A stretch of DNA of 62,559 nucleotides from Burkholderiales bacterium (GTDB lineage: Bacteria > Pseudomonadota > Gammaproteobacteria > Burkholderiales > SG8-39), in contig JBCKLP010000002.1 of assembly GCA_038903735.1 (NCBI GenBank), positions 1-62,559 on the forward strand, in the 5' to 3' direction. Made by a program: the position numbers and the translations under genes. Shown piece after piece: positions 27,154 through 36,712 of this stretch. The first letter of the stretch is position 1. Each line of letters opens with the position of its first letter. The notes beneath the pieces are model-generated. The model saw only the letters and a list, made by a program, of their open reading frames with translations, was not told where the DNA came from and searched no databases.

Positions 27154-28251
27154 TCATTTAGCAGCAAGACAACCCTGTATAGCATCGCAGACTGCCAGTA
27201 CATCGACGCCCCCGTAGCAGGGCAGCGTAATGGTGTTGGCCTCGAGCCAGCGTGAATTCGGATTGTTCACTGCATATTTGGCAGCATAGTAGGTGGTGGC
27301 GCTCAGGGAGTAGGTGCCGATGGTGGACTCGACCCCCCTGTCCTTCAGGCCCGCGACCAGGTCGTCGCGGCTGCAGCCCACAGGAACGGCGAACACCAGG
27401 GATTGCACATTGAAACGGACGTCGGGGTTCGCCCGCTGCGCCACAAAGCCCATGGGCTCCAGCAGCGCACGGTAGGCCTCGCGCACCTGGTTGCGTTCCG
27501 CCAGGATGCTGTCTATTTTCGCCAGTTGCTTGCGCCCCATGATGGCCTGGAGCTCAGGGAGACGGAAGTTGTAGCCGTAGTCCACGAAATCGAGTGCCAT
27601 ACCCTTCATGCCTTTGGCGCCGTGTGCAAGCTTGACATCCAGCCACTGCGACCAGTCGTCCCGGTTGGTGGTGATGGCGCCGCCCTCGCCGGTGCTGATG
27701 AGCTTGCGTGGGTGGAAGCTGAAGCAGGTCAGGTCGGCGACCGCGCCGCAACGCTCGCCAGCCTCGGAGCTGCCCATCGCGCAGGCAGCATCCTCGATCA
27801 GCGGGATCCCGCGGCTTCGACACAGGGCGCTGACAGCATGCAGCCCCGAAGGGTTGCCCAGGGCATCGACGAAGATCACCGCCTTGGTGCGCGGCCCCAG
27901 CAATGCCGCTACCGACTCTGCCTCGATGTTGTAGGTGTCGCGGGACACATCGGCGAAAACCGGTATGGCCCCCAGGTCTTCAACCACATTGGCGGTGGCC
28001 GGGAAGGAGAAGTCCGAGACGACAACCTCATCGCCGGGGCCGATATCGAGCAGCTTGAGGCACACCCACAGCGCGGTGGTGGCGGAGGTCACCAGATGGA
28101 CATGCCTGGCGCCGGTGAATTGCGCCAGCTCCTTGCGGAAGGCCTCAACGTGCTCGCCACGCGTGAACATACCACTGCTGAACACGCCGCGGAACTCGGC
28201 CTCGACCTCGTCGAAGCTGATATAGGGTTTCATCAAGCGGACATGATTCAT
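27154..28251 (-). CDS. DegT/DnrJ/EryC1/StrS family PLP-dependent sugar aminotransferase
   Basis: 365 aa. ..VHLVTSATTALWVCL.., ..IEDAACAMGS.., ..CFSFHPRKLISTGEGGAI.. (catalytic Lys context). Confidence 0.9.
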   Translation of the reverse strand: MNHVRLMKPYISFDEVEAEFRGVFSSGMFTRGEHVEAFRKELAQFTGARHVHLVTSATTALWVCLKLLDIGPGDEVVVSDFSFPATANVVEDLGAIPVFADVSRDTYNIEAESVAALLGPRTKAVIFVDALGNPSGLHAVSALCRSRGIPLIEDAACAMGSSEAGERCGAVADLTCFSFHPRKLISTGEGGAITTNRDDWSQWLDVKLAHGAKGMKGMALDFVDYGYNFRLPELQAIMGRKQLAKIDSILAERNQVREAYRALLEPMGFVAQRANPDVRFNVQSLVFAVPVGCSRDDLVAGLKDRGVESTIGTYSLSATTYYAAKYAVNNPNSRWLEANTITLPCYGGVDVLAVCDAIQGCLAAK

Positions 28252-29225
28252 TTTCTGGCCCCAATCCGGTTCACATACCAGTCTAGCGTCTCGCGCAGGC
28301 CGGCCTCGAAATCAGTCAACGAGTAGTCGATGAGCGTGCGCACCTTCTGGTTGTTGGCGCTGTGGCACAGTACATCTGCCCGGCGCGCCGGCTTGCGCAC
28401 GATCGCCTCCCGATAGCCCAGCATGTCAGCGATCTGGGTCACCAGCTCCCCGATGGCGATCTGGTTGTCCGTGGAGATGTTGACCGACTCACCCGCCGGC
28501 AGCACACGGAACAGCTTCACCACGGCATCGACCGTGTCGCGCACGTGGATGAAGTCGCGGCTTTGTTTGCCGTCGCCGTGGATTTCCGGCGCTCCACCGG
28601 TGAGGATGCGCCAGGCCGTCAGCGGTATCACCCCGGCCAGCAGGCCGCGATGGTTCTGACGGGGCCCGTAGTTGTTGAATGGGCGCACGATGAAACCATC
28701 CAGGCCGAACATGTGCACATAACTCTCCACCGCCAGGTCGGCGGCGGCCTTGCCTGCCGCATAGGTAGTGGTCGGGTTGCGGGGATGCTTTTCATCCATG
28801 GGCTCGTACACGGCCGAGCCATAGACTTCAGAGGTGGAGAAATGGCAGAGCGACTTGAAGGCGCCCCTGCGCTGCAGCTCCAGCAGGTTCAAGGCCACCG
28901 TCACGTTGGTCCCGAAGGCGTTGGCCGGGTTCAGGAAGGAATAGTTGAGCGCCTTGGTGGAGCAGTTGAAGACGATATCGATCGGGTGCCGGTTGAAGAT
29001 GTAGTCCAGGCTGTTGACGAATTCGGCGTCATCCTTGTAGAAGCTCACCTTGCCCGTAATCAGCGCGCCCGACAGATTCTCCTCCGAGCCCAGGAACATG
29101 TTGTCGATGACCGCCACATGGGCGGCGCCTTCGACGAGCAACCGGTCCACCAGGTGGCTGCCGATGAAGCCCGCCCCTCCCGTGACGAGCACGGTTTTGC
29201 CCGAGAGTTCCCGCTGCCCGGTCAT
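28248..29225 (-). CDS. NAD-dependent epimerase/dehydratase (extended SDR)
   Basis: Trimmed to the ATG at 29225 (ATGA overlap with the upstream stop). ..KTVLVTGGAGFIGSHLVDRL.. and YAAGKAAAD (YxxxK). Confidence 0.85.
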   Translation of the reverse strand: MTGQRELSGKTVLVTGGAGFIGSHLVDRLLVEGAAHVAVIDNMFLGSEENLSGALITGKVSFYKDDAEFVNSLDYIFNRHPIDIVFNCSTKALNYSFLNPANAFGTNVTVALNLLELQRRGAFKSLCHFSTSEVYGSAVYEPMDEKHPRNPTTTYAAGKAAADLAVESYVHMFGLDGFIVRPFNNYGPRQNHRGLLAGVIPLTAWRILTGGAPEIHGDGKQSRDFIHVRDTVDAVVKLFRVLPAGESVNISTDNQIAIGELVTQIADMLGYREAIVRKPARRADVLCHSANNQKVRTLIDYSLTDFEAGLRETLDWYVNRIGARK

Positions 29226-30178
29226 GCCGCCACGGCCTTCTGGATCTCGTCGCCGATTTGCATGGCCGCCAGGCCATCCTGCACACCGGGAAGGTCGCCC
29301 ATGCGCTGGCCCCGGCAACTCGCCACGAAGGCCTGCAGTTCTGACAGCAGCGCCTCCTGCGGGCGGACTTCGATGGCCTCCTGGACTGCCGAGATCGTGT
29401 AGGGCTGTCCCTCGGCCTGGCGAATTTCGGACTGCCGGCTGATGATGATTTCCTTTCTCAGCAGTTCACAGTCGACAAACATGTCGATGCAGGTTGCCTC
29501 GATCAGCCGCATCTTCTTCTCGGTGATCCGACTTGCCTGGATCCGGGAAAAACGGCCGTTTTTATGGGTGATGAGGGCGGAGGCAAAGTCGATCATTTGC
29601 CCATGCGCGAAACCGTGCGCCGCCACCGAGCGTGCGGGACCGTTGAGGTAGAGTGCCAGGTCGATGTCATGGATCATCAGGTCGGTGACGACGTCGACAT
29701 CTGTGATCCGTGCGCTGAGCTTGTTGGTGCGCGTGAAGTCGATGCTGATGACGCGCTCGGACTTGTCGAGGACTTGCTTAAGACACTGGACGACCGGGTT
29801 GAAGCGCTCGATGAATCCGACCTGCACGTTCAGGCCATTCTCGTTGACAAAGTGCGCGACGCGGGCCGCCTCTTCCAGAGAGTTGGCCAAAGGCTTCTCG
29901 ACGAAAATGTTTCGCACCTTGCTCGCGACAATACGGATGTAGTCGGCATGGGTTTCGGTGGGTGTGCAGATCACCACCGCGTCGATCCCATCCAACGCTG
30001 CTACTGGGTTGTTTTCACCGGTTACGTTATAGGCAGTGGCCAGACGCGCGGTCACGGCCGAGTCGGTATCGGAGATAAAGGCTAGTTCCACATCCTTCAG
30101 CATTGACAGAATTCGCAGATGGTTTTGCCCCATGCGTCCAAGACCGATCAGACCTACTCTCAGCGGTACTTCCTTCAT
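29222..30178 (-). CDS. Gfo/Idh/MocA family oxidoreductase (WbpB-like UDP-sugar 3-dehydrogenase candidate)
   Basis: 318 aa. ..LRVGLIGLGRMGQNHLRIL.., ..FVEKPLA... Gene order with the adjacent acetyltransferase and aminotransferase mirrors wbpB-wbpD-wbpE. Confidence 0.8.
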   Translation of the reverse strand: MKEVPLRVGLIGLGRMGQNHLRILSMLKDVELAFISDTDSAVTARLATAYNVTGENNPVAALDGIDAVVICTPTETHADYIRIVASKVRNIFVEKPLANSLEEAARVAHFVNENGLNVQVGFIERFNPVVQCLKQVLDKSERVISIDFTRTNKLSARITDVDVVTDLMIHDIDLALYLNGPARSVAAHGFAHGQMIDFASALITHKNGRFSRIQASRITEKKMRLIEATCIDMFVDCELLRKEIIISRQSEIRQAEGQPYTISAVQEAIEVRPQEALLSELQAFVASCRGQRMGDLPGVQDGLAAMQIGDEIQKAVAA

Positions 30179-30179
30179 T

Positions 30180-30683
30180 TCATTCCTTTTCGGGGACTCG
30201 GTTGCCCGCTTTATCGATCTTGGAAACCACGCGAGCAGGGTTGCCCATCACCAGGGTGTAGGGCGGCACGTCACGAGTAACTACGCTGCCGGCCGCTACC
30301 ATGGCGTATTCACCGACTTTGATTCCGCAGATGATAGTGGAGTTAGCGCCCAGACTAGCACCCCTCTCGATGCGGGTTGGGGTGATCTTCCATTCGGTGT
30401 TGAAGGCGCGGGGCACTCGGTCGTTGGTGAACGCCACATTGGGGCCTACGAACACGTCATCGCCGATGGTCAGACCGTTAAAGACCGATACGCTGTTCTG
30501 GATTTTGCAGCGGTCGCCAATAGTCACGGCGTGATCGATGTATACATCCTTGGAAAGGATGCAGTTTTCGCCAATCACGGCATTTTCGCGGATTTGCACG
30601 TTGATCCAGACCTTGGTGCCGCTACCGACGCGAGCCTTGTCCGAGACGTTGGCGCTGGGGTGGATGAATACATTGTCGAACAT
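30180..30683 (-). CDS. Hexapeptide-repeat N-acetyltransferase (WbpD-like)
   Basis: 167 aa. MFDNVFIHPSANVSDKARVGSGTKVWINVQIRENAVIGENCIL..GANSTIICGIKVGEYAMVAAGSVVTRDVPPYTLVMGNPAR. Confidence 0.85.
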   Translation of the reverse strand: MFDNVFIHPSANVSDKARVGSGTKVWINVQIRENAVIGENCILSKDVYIDHAVTIGDRCKIQNSVSVFNGLTIGDDVFVGPNVAFTNDRVPRAFNTEWKITPTRIERGASLGANSTIICGIKVGEYAMVAAGSVVTRDVPPYTLVMGNPARVVSKIDKAGNRVPEKE

Positions 30684-30701
30684 GGATTTTTTTCGCTTCC
30701 T

Positions 30702-31799
30702 TTACTTGCCAAGGGCTTGGCTGACGACCTGAACAACACGATCAAGTTCAGCCTGGGTCATGTAGGGGAAAAGGGGGAGATTGAGCACCGAGGCACACAG
30801 GATTTCGCCCTCGGTGCCACCGAAGTGGCCCTTGTGGACCTGGACGCTGCCTGGCTGGCGGGACATCACGCCGGGGTAGATATTGGCAAAACCAACGTCT
30901 TCGGCCTTGAGCGCGGCTTCCAAGGTGGCCTTCTGCGCCGGGTCTCGCACCAAACAGACGTTGCAGTAGCCGTTTTCCTCGTAGTCCTTGGGCGGTGCTA
31001 TGACTTCCACGCCCAGCTCTGGCAAAACCCGTTGGTAGAAGGCGGCAGCCCGCCGGCGGGAGGCGATGCGCGCATGCACGTGGTCCAGGCTGAGGTTGAG
31101 AAATGCCGCTTGCAGGGAGTCGAGACGCGAATTCCAACCTACGTCGCCGCAAACGTAATGGGTAGTTCGGCCATGGTTGCCCAAGCGGCGAACCTGATTG
31201 GCGAGTTCGGCATTATCTGTAAATACCGCGCCGCCATCGCCGGCGCCACCCAGCACCTTGGCCGGGTAGAAAGAAGTGGTGGAAATCAGTGCCCCCTGAT
31301 AGATGGGCATGCCCCGGAAGGTGGTGCCGTAACATTGGGCGCCGTCTTCCAGCAGCAGGACACCCTTGTTCCGGCAAAGTACGCGAATCTCGGCCAACCG
31401 CGCTGTGCCCCAACCGTACAGGTGGGCAATTACGGCGGCTTTGGGCTTGCTGACGGCAATCGCCTCTTCCAGCGCCGCCAAGGCGATGCCACCATCGGAT
31501 AGATCGGCATCCAGGGTGACCGGATCGGCGCCGACATTGACCACAGCCTCGAAGGTGGCCCAGAACGTGACGTTGGGTACCAACACGGTGTCGCCCCGTC
31601 CCACGCCCAGTGCACGCAAAGCCAATTGCAGGGCGTCGGTGCCATTGGCGCAGGTCACGGCGTAACGAACGCCAAGCGCATGCTGCATGCGGGCTTCAAA
31701 GTTCGAAACCTCGGTGCCGCCAATGAACTGGGCATTGGCAACCATGGTGGCGAATTTGGCATTGACCTGATCCAGAAAGCCGCTCTCGAAGCGCTTCAA
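30702..31799 (-). CDS. DegT-family PLP-dependent aminotransferase (WbpE-like)
   Basis: 365 aa. ..[18 protein letters not shown].., ..[10 protein letters not shown].., ..[19 protein letters not shown]... Confidence 0.9.
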   Translation of the reverse strand: MKRFESGFLDQVNAKFATMVANAQFIGGTEVSNFEARMQHALGVRYAVTCANGTDALQLALRALGVGRGDTVLVPNVTFWATFEAVVNVGADPVTLDADLSDGGIALAALEEAIAVSKPKAAVIAHLYGWGTARLAEIRVLCRNKGVLLLEDGAQCYGTTFRGMPIYQGALISTTSFYPAKVLGGAGDGGAVFTDNAELANQVRRLGNHGRTTHYVCGDVGWNSRLDSLQAAFLNLSLDHVHARIASRRRAAAFYQRVLPELGVEVIAPPKDYEENGYCNVCLVRDPAQKATLEAALKAEDVGFANIYPGVMSRQPGSVQVHKGHFGGTEGEILCASVLNLPLFPYMTQAELDRVVQVVSQALGK

Positions 31800-31971
31800 A
31801 TCAATAAAAGGAACTTTAATTTCTTCCCCCTTTTAGTTCGAGTAGGCCACCGCCGCCGTCGGTGCGAAGACAATTGCCGTAGCGACCATGATCTAGAAAC
31901 GACAACCAGTGATGGCTGTCATGAATTATGAATTTCTCAATAGATCAAAATTATTCTCTCGCGAAAGCATC

Positions 31972-34113
31972 TCAGCCTTTATTAATCAGACGTTCTACCT
32001 CGCAAGCGATCCGGGTTGTCTGGATCTGCTGCCATAGAGGAATTGGCCAAGGCATCTGACCGCGTATCGCCGCAGCGAAGGCCTGCAATTCTTTTTTCTG
32101 CCCCTTGTCCGCTGTGCGAGTCTCAATCGGCTTGTGTTTAGCGCCCGTAAATTTGAGGCTGCGATAGTCATTGAGGGAAATAACAATTCCATCAACAAAG
32201 ATCTCCATAGTTTCCTTTGGGAAAGCGGCGTTGCCCAGGGCGGTATAGGTCAGGGTGGCGACAGAGCCGTCTTCAAATGCCAGAGTAGCGACAAAGTTGT
32301 CGCTGGGCGAATAGAAACCGGTCGCCGGCCGCAGCGGTACTGCTTGAGTGCCTTTCACCGGGGAACCGCTCAGGAAGCCAAAGAGATCATAGATGTGACA
32401 AGCTTCACCCCGGTTACGTCCTCCACCCTCAGGACCGTGCACCCAGTGGTCCAACGGAATGTACCCTGCATTCATGCGGTAATTGATGATCATGGGGTTC
32501 GTGCGGCCCCTGATCAAAGAAGCGATGCGTTCGGCATAAGGGGAAAAGCGCCGATTGAAGCCGGTCAGCAGCACGGGTTTGGTTACTCCATCCTCTGCGT
32601 AGAAGGCCTCTATAGCCTCCAGCTCAGTCGTTTCCAAAGCCAGGGGCTTTTCCACTAGGACGTGTTTGCCAGCACGCAGAGCCTCAAGGGCCAGTTCCGC
32701 GTGATTGTCATGGCGGGTGGCGATGATTACCGCATCCACCTCTGTGTCCGATAGAACTTCTCTGAAATCGGTCGTGCAGTATTTCGCGCCGAAACGCTTG
32801 CCGGTGGCTGTGGCGTTGTGTCCGGTACGACTGACCACAGCCTGGAGCGTGAAATCGTTCTTCAGTTCCTGAATATAGGGCAGCTGCATGCCCTTGGCGA
32901 ATGCTCCGGCACCGATTAGAGCAACCCGAATGCTGCCATCACGAGGCACCAAGGAACTTGGCAGTAAAGGAATATGGCATGCTTCTGCTTCTGATCGCTG
33001 CGGATAGGAGAGCAGCACCATGAGAGGTTTAGTCGCACCCGATTGCAGAGATTGGTAGGCCGAGCGAACATCGTCAATGGCATAAACAGCCGCCACCATG
33101 GACTTGACCTCGAGGATCCCGTCAGCGATCAGCCGAAGGTACTCGGCCATGTTGCGTCCCTCGGTCCAACGCACGTAGCCTATAGGATAGTCGACCCCAC
33201 CTTCTTCGTAATTGGTGTCATAGCGTCCGGGCCCGTAGGAAGTGGAGATGAAAAAATCCAGTTCCTTGATGTAGAAATCGGCTCGCTGAAGATCCAGCCC
33301 CACGTCGCCTATCAAAACTACCCGTGCCTTTTTGCGGCACATGCGGAAGGCGGTAGAAATGATTGTGTCCGACTGGCCAGAGGCGGTAATGATGACGCCA
33401 TCGGCGCCGATACCACCGGTCAGTCGGGCAACCTGCTGGACATCATCGGTATCGTCAGGATGGATACCCCAGTTCATGCCTTTCCCGCGGGCGAATTCGA
33501 TACGGTCCCGATCCAAATCCACGCCGATGACTCGGCAGCCGTTGGCTTTGAGCATCTGCATGGTAAGTTGGCCCAGGACACCAAGGCCAATTACGATGAA
33601 AGTCTCGCCCAGGGTGGGTACAGCTCGACGCACGCCCTGCATGGCAATGGCTCCCAGAGCTACAGTGGAGGCCACGTCCATACCAACGGTGCGAGGAACC
33701 GGGACAACCAGATTCTTGGGTATGCGCACCAATTCGGCATGAAAGGCACATTGGGCGCCAGCACAAGCGACCCGATCACCAGGAGAGAATTCGCTAACAC
33801 CGGCGCCAACTTTCACGACCTCACCAGCACCCGAATAGCCTGTGGGCAGTTCAACGGTCAGGCGTTCTTGGACAATGCGCCGAGTCTGCCGCAAGCCGTC
33901 GCTACGGATCATGTCGACCAACTTTTTGACGTGCTGGGGCTGTTTTAGCGCCCGCTCCCAAATAGACTGTCCTGTCGCTTTGACTCCCGACATCTCGGTG
34001 CCGATCGAAATACAGGAGTGATCCATGCGGACCAACACCGTGCCCGGTTCTACAAGCGGAGCAGGAACATCCTCCAAACGGACAGAACCTCGGCTGACAA
34101 GCACTTGCCTCAT
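31972..34113 (-). CDS. Two-domain oxidoreductase: N-terminal zinc-type alcohol dehydrogenase (MDR) fused to a C-terminal Gfo/Idh/MocA domain
   Basis: 713 aa. N-terminal part ..GYSGAGEVVKVGAGVSEFSPGDRVAC..FIVIGLGVLGQLTMQMLKANGCRVIGVD... C-terminal part ..IRVALIGAGAFAKGMQLPY..LVEKPLAL... Its stop overlaps the wecC-like start region. Confidence 0.8.
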   Translation of the reverse strand: MRQVLVSRGSVRLEDVPAPLVEPGTVLVRMDHSCISIGTEMSGVKATGQSIWERALKQPQHVKKLVDMIRSDGLRQTRRIVQERLTVELPTGYSGAGEVVKVGAGVSEFSPGDRVACAGAQCAFHAELVRIPKNLVVPVPRTVGMDVASTVALGAIAMQGVRRAVPTLGETFIVIGLGVLGQLTMQMLKANGCRVIGVDLDRDRIEFARGKGMNWGIHPDDTDDVQQVARLTGGIGADGVIITASGQSDTIISTAFRMCRKKARVVLIGDVGLDLQRADFYIKELDFFISTSYGPGRYDTNYEEGGVDYPIGYVRWTEGRNMAEYLRLIADGILEVKSMVAAVYAIDDVRSAYQSLQSGATKPLMVLLSYPQRSEAEACHIPLLPSSLVPRDGSIRVALIGAGAFAKGMQLPYIQELKNDFTLQAVVSRTGHNATATGKRFGAKYCTTDFREVLSDTEVDAVIIATRHDNHAELALEALRAGKHVLVEKPLALETTELEAIEAFYAEDGVTKPVLLTGFNRRFSPYAERIASLIRGRTNPMIINYRMNAGYIPLDHWVHGPEGGGRNRGEACHIYDLFGFLSGSPVKGTQAVPLRPATGFYSPSDNFVATLAFEDGSVATLTYTALGNAAFPKETMEIFVDGIVISLNDYRSLKFTGAKHKPIETRTADKGQKKELQAFAAAIRGQMPWPIPLWQQIQTTRIACEVERLINKG

Positions 34114-35378
34114 CGCCAGGCCCCCCGTGTATCGATGACAATCTTGCTGTTTACTGCGACTCGATCGACAGCCTTGAATTGGTGGTGGTCTACAAGCAAA
34201 ACAATGACGTCAGCGAATGAAAGTGCTGTATCAAGCTCTGCCAGTTCGACACCATCGATTCCCGAGAGGGTGCTAGGAAGCTCATCAATGTAGGGTTCCA
34301 CCACCAGCAGGCGCTTCGCCAAATGTCGCTTGGCCAGCTTTTCGGCGATTTTCAGCGATGGACTCTCGCGCAGGTCATCGATGTTGGCTTTAAAAGCAAG
34401 GCCGAGACAAGCGACAACCACATCACGTCCCAACTGCTGCCGAGACTCGGAAACCGCTGCAGCAACCTTGGCCAACACCCACTCAGGCTTGCTGTCATTT
34501 ACTTGCCGCGCGGTACGGATCAGGCGTGCGGAGGCAGGAGCCGAATCTACGATGAACCAAGGATCAACGGCGATGCAATGCCCCCCTACACCGGGACCGG
34601 GGTTGAGGATATTGACACGCGGATGGCGGTTGGCTAACGTAATGAGCTCCCACACGTCGATATCAAGTTCGTCGCAGATCAAGGATAGTTCGTTGGCGAA
34701 AGCAATATTGACATCGCGAAACGCGTTCTCGGTGAGCTTCGTCATTTCCGCCATACGTGCTTCGGTCTCAATGCACTTTCCGCTAACGAAGGTCTCATAG
34801 AGTCCTTTGGCCTTCGCAGCGCAGCTCGGCGTCATGCCACCTACTACACGGTCGTTCTCGACCAATTCGGTGACGATGCTGCCTGGAAGGACGCGTTCGG
34901 GGCAATAGGCGATATGAACATCTGGCACTGAGCTGGAATCACTCGGAAACTTTAGATCGGGGCGTTCAGCGGCCAGCCAGCCAGCCAGCTTTTCGGTCGT
35001 CCCGACGGGCGACGTGGATTCGAGGATTACCAGATTGCCGCGACGCAAATGTGGTGCGATTGTGCGGGCTGCCTGCTCGACATAGCTCAGGTCGGGCTGA
35101 TGATCGCTCTTGAGCGGTGTCGATACGGCAATAATATAGGCATCGGCAGGCTCGGCCACCAGAACCGCTCGCAGCCGGCCAGACAGTACGGCACCACGCA
35201 CCAGCCCTGCCAAGTCAGGCTCGACGATGTGGATATCGCCGCGATTAACGATATCGACGATGTACGGGCTGATCTCGACGCCAATAACCTCGTGGCCAAC
35301 GCTAGCCAGCACTGCAGCAGTTGGCAGTCCGATATAACCAAGTCCGATGATTGAAACTCTGGATTTAGTTGAACTCAT
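34110..35378 (-). CDS. wecC: UDP-N-acetyl-D-mannosamine (or UDP-GlcNAc) 6-dehydrogenase, WecC/WbpA family
   Basis: Trimmed to the ATG at 35378 (MSSTKSRVSIIGLGYIGLPTAAVLA..). ..GPGVGGHCIAVDPWF.. is the UDP-glucose/GDP-mannose dehydrogenase family catalytic Cys block. Confidence 0.85.
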   Translation of the reverse strand: MSSTKSRVSIIGLGYIGLPTAAVLASVGHEVIGVEISPYIVDIVNRGDIHIVEPDLAGLVRGAVLSGRLRAVLVAEPADAYIIAVSTPLKSDHQPDLSYVEQAARTIAPHLRRGNLVILESTSPVGTTEKLAGWLAAERPDLKFPSDSSSVPDVHIAYCPERVLPGSIVTELVENDRVVGGMTPSCAAKAKGLYETFVSGKCIETEARMAEMTKLTENAFRDVNIAFANELSLICDELDIDVWELITLANRHPRVNILNPGPGVGGHCIAVDPWFIVDSAPASARLIRTARQVNDSKPEWVLAKVAAAVSESRQQLGRDVVVACLGLAFKANIDDLRESPSLKIAEKLAKRHLAKRLLVVEPYIDELPSTLSGIDGVELAELDTALSFADVIVLLVDHHQFKAVDRVAVNSKIVIDTRGAWR

Positions 35379-36513
35379 GGATATTCCGATTTCCTTCGAT
35401 GACCTGGGCAATTCTTTCGGCGGCCCGCCCATCACCGTAAGGGTTTTGGGCGGCGGACATGCGCGCGTAGCAGGTTGGGTCGTTTAGCAGGCGCTGAGCC
35501 ACCTCGAAAATATGCTCTTCATCGACACCTACCATCCGTACCGTTCCCGCCTCGACCGCCTCGGGCCGTTCGGTCGTTTCCCGCATCACTAACACTGGCT
35601 TGCCGAGTGATGGCGCCTCTTCTTGAATACCACCTGAGTCCGTAATGACCAGATGTGCCATTCTCATCAAGTATATGAACGGAAGGTAGTTCAAAGGCTC
35701 GATTAGATGCACATTAGAAATTCCATCAAGCAGCCGATGCACCGGCTCCATGACGTTAGGATTGGGATGGACAGGATAAACGATGTGGATATCGTTTTCT
35801 TTTGCCAATCGGCGCAGAGCACGGCAGATGCCTTCTATCCCGGCGCCAAAGTTTTCGCGGCGGTGGCCAGTAACGAGCAGGATGCGTCGCTTTGGGTCGC
35901 CAAGCCATGGCATGCTTTCCGCGAGTCCTGCAACAAGGGTGGGATCTGAGTCAATCCGGAAAACAACATCCTTGAGGGCATCGATGACAGTATTACCGGT
36001 AACCCAGATGGAATCACCAGTAATTCCCTCCGCCACAAGATTGGCGCGAGCCTTTGGTGTCGGCGCAAAGTGCAACGAGGCTAGCTGTCCGGTGAATCGC
36101 CGGTTCATCTCCTCTGGCCAAGGCGACTGCAAATTACCCGAGCGCAGACCAGCTTCAACATGGCCAACGGGAGTTCTCCGATAGAACCCGGCGAGCGCGG
36201 ATGCGAAAGTTGTCGTCGTATCTCCATGCACCAGCATCAGATGAGGATTCGAACGCTCAAGTACGCTAGTGACCCCATCCAAAACGGCCGAAGTCACCTC
36301 CGAAAGCGTCTGGTTCGGCCGCATCAAATCAAGGTCGTAGTCAGGACAAATGTCGAACAGGTTTAATACTTGGTCCAACATGCCGCGGTGCTGAGCCGTG
36401 ACACAAACAACCACCTCAACACCCGATGAACGCCGTAACCTATTAATAACCGGTGCCATCTTGATAGCCTCCGGCCGCGTACCAAAAACTACGAGTACTC
36501 GTCGCAATTCCAC
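35365..36513 (-). CDS. wecB: UDP-N-acetylglucosamine 2-epimerase (non-hydrolysing), WecB/WbpI family
   Basis: 382 aa. ..VLVVFGTRPEAIKMAPV.., ..VHGDTTTTFA.., ..VITDSGGIQEEAPSLGKPVLVMRETTERPE... Confidence 0.9.
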   Translation of the reverse strand: MELRRVLVVFGTRPEAIKMAPVINRLRRSSGVEVVVCVTAQHRGMLDQVLNLFDICPDYDLDLMRPNQTLSEVTSAVLDGVTSVLERSNPHLMLVHGDTTTTFASALAGFYRRTPVGHVEAGLRSGNLQSPWPEEMNRRFTGQLASLHFAPTPKARANLVAEGITGDSIWVTGNTVIDALKDVVFRIDSDPTLVAGLAESMPWLGDPKRRILLVTGHRRENFGAGIEGICRALRRLAKENDIHIVYPVHPNPNVMEPVHRLLDGISNVHLIEPLNYLPFIYLMRMAHLVITDSGGIQEEAPSLGKPVLVMRETTERPEAVEAGTVRMVGVDEEHIFEVAQRLLNDPTCYARMSAAQNPYGDGRAAERIAQVIEGNRNIHEFN

Positions 36514-36712
36514 GAGTGAACCTTTAAAAAAAACGCATAGGTGAAAGAATAGCTGGACCGCACCTCATCGTCATTAAAATACGGTATTGATCAGGCGGCC
36601 TTGGCTTCCACGCCAACGCACCACATCGGCAATGCGGCGAAAGTGTTTGACACCAGCGACCAATTCGGCGGTCATCATCAGCAGGTTTTCAACAAATTGG
36701 CGGGCCATGAGA

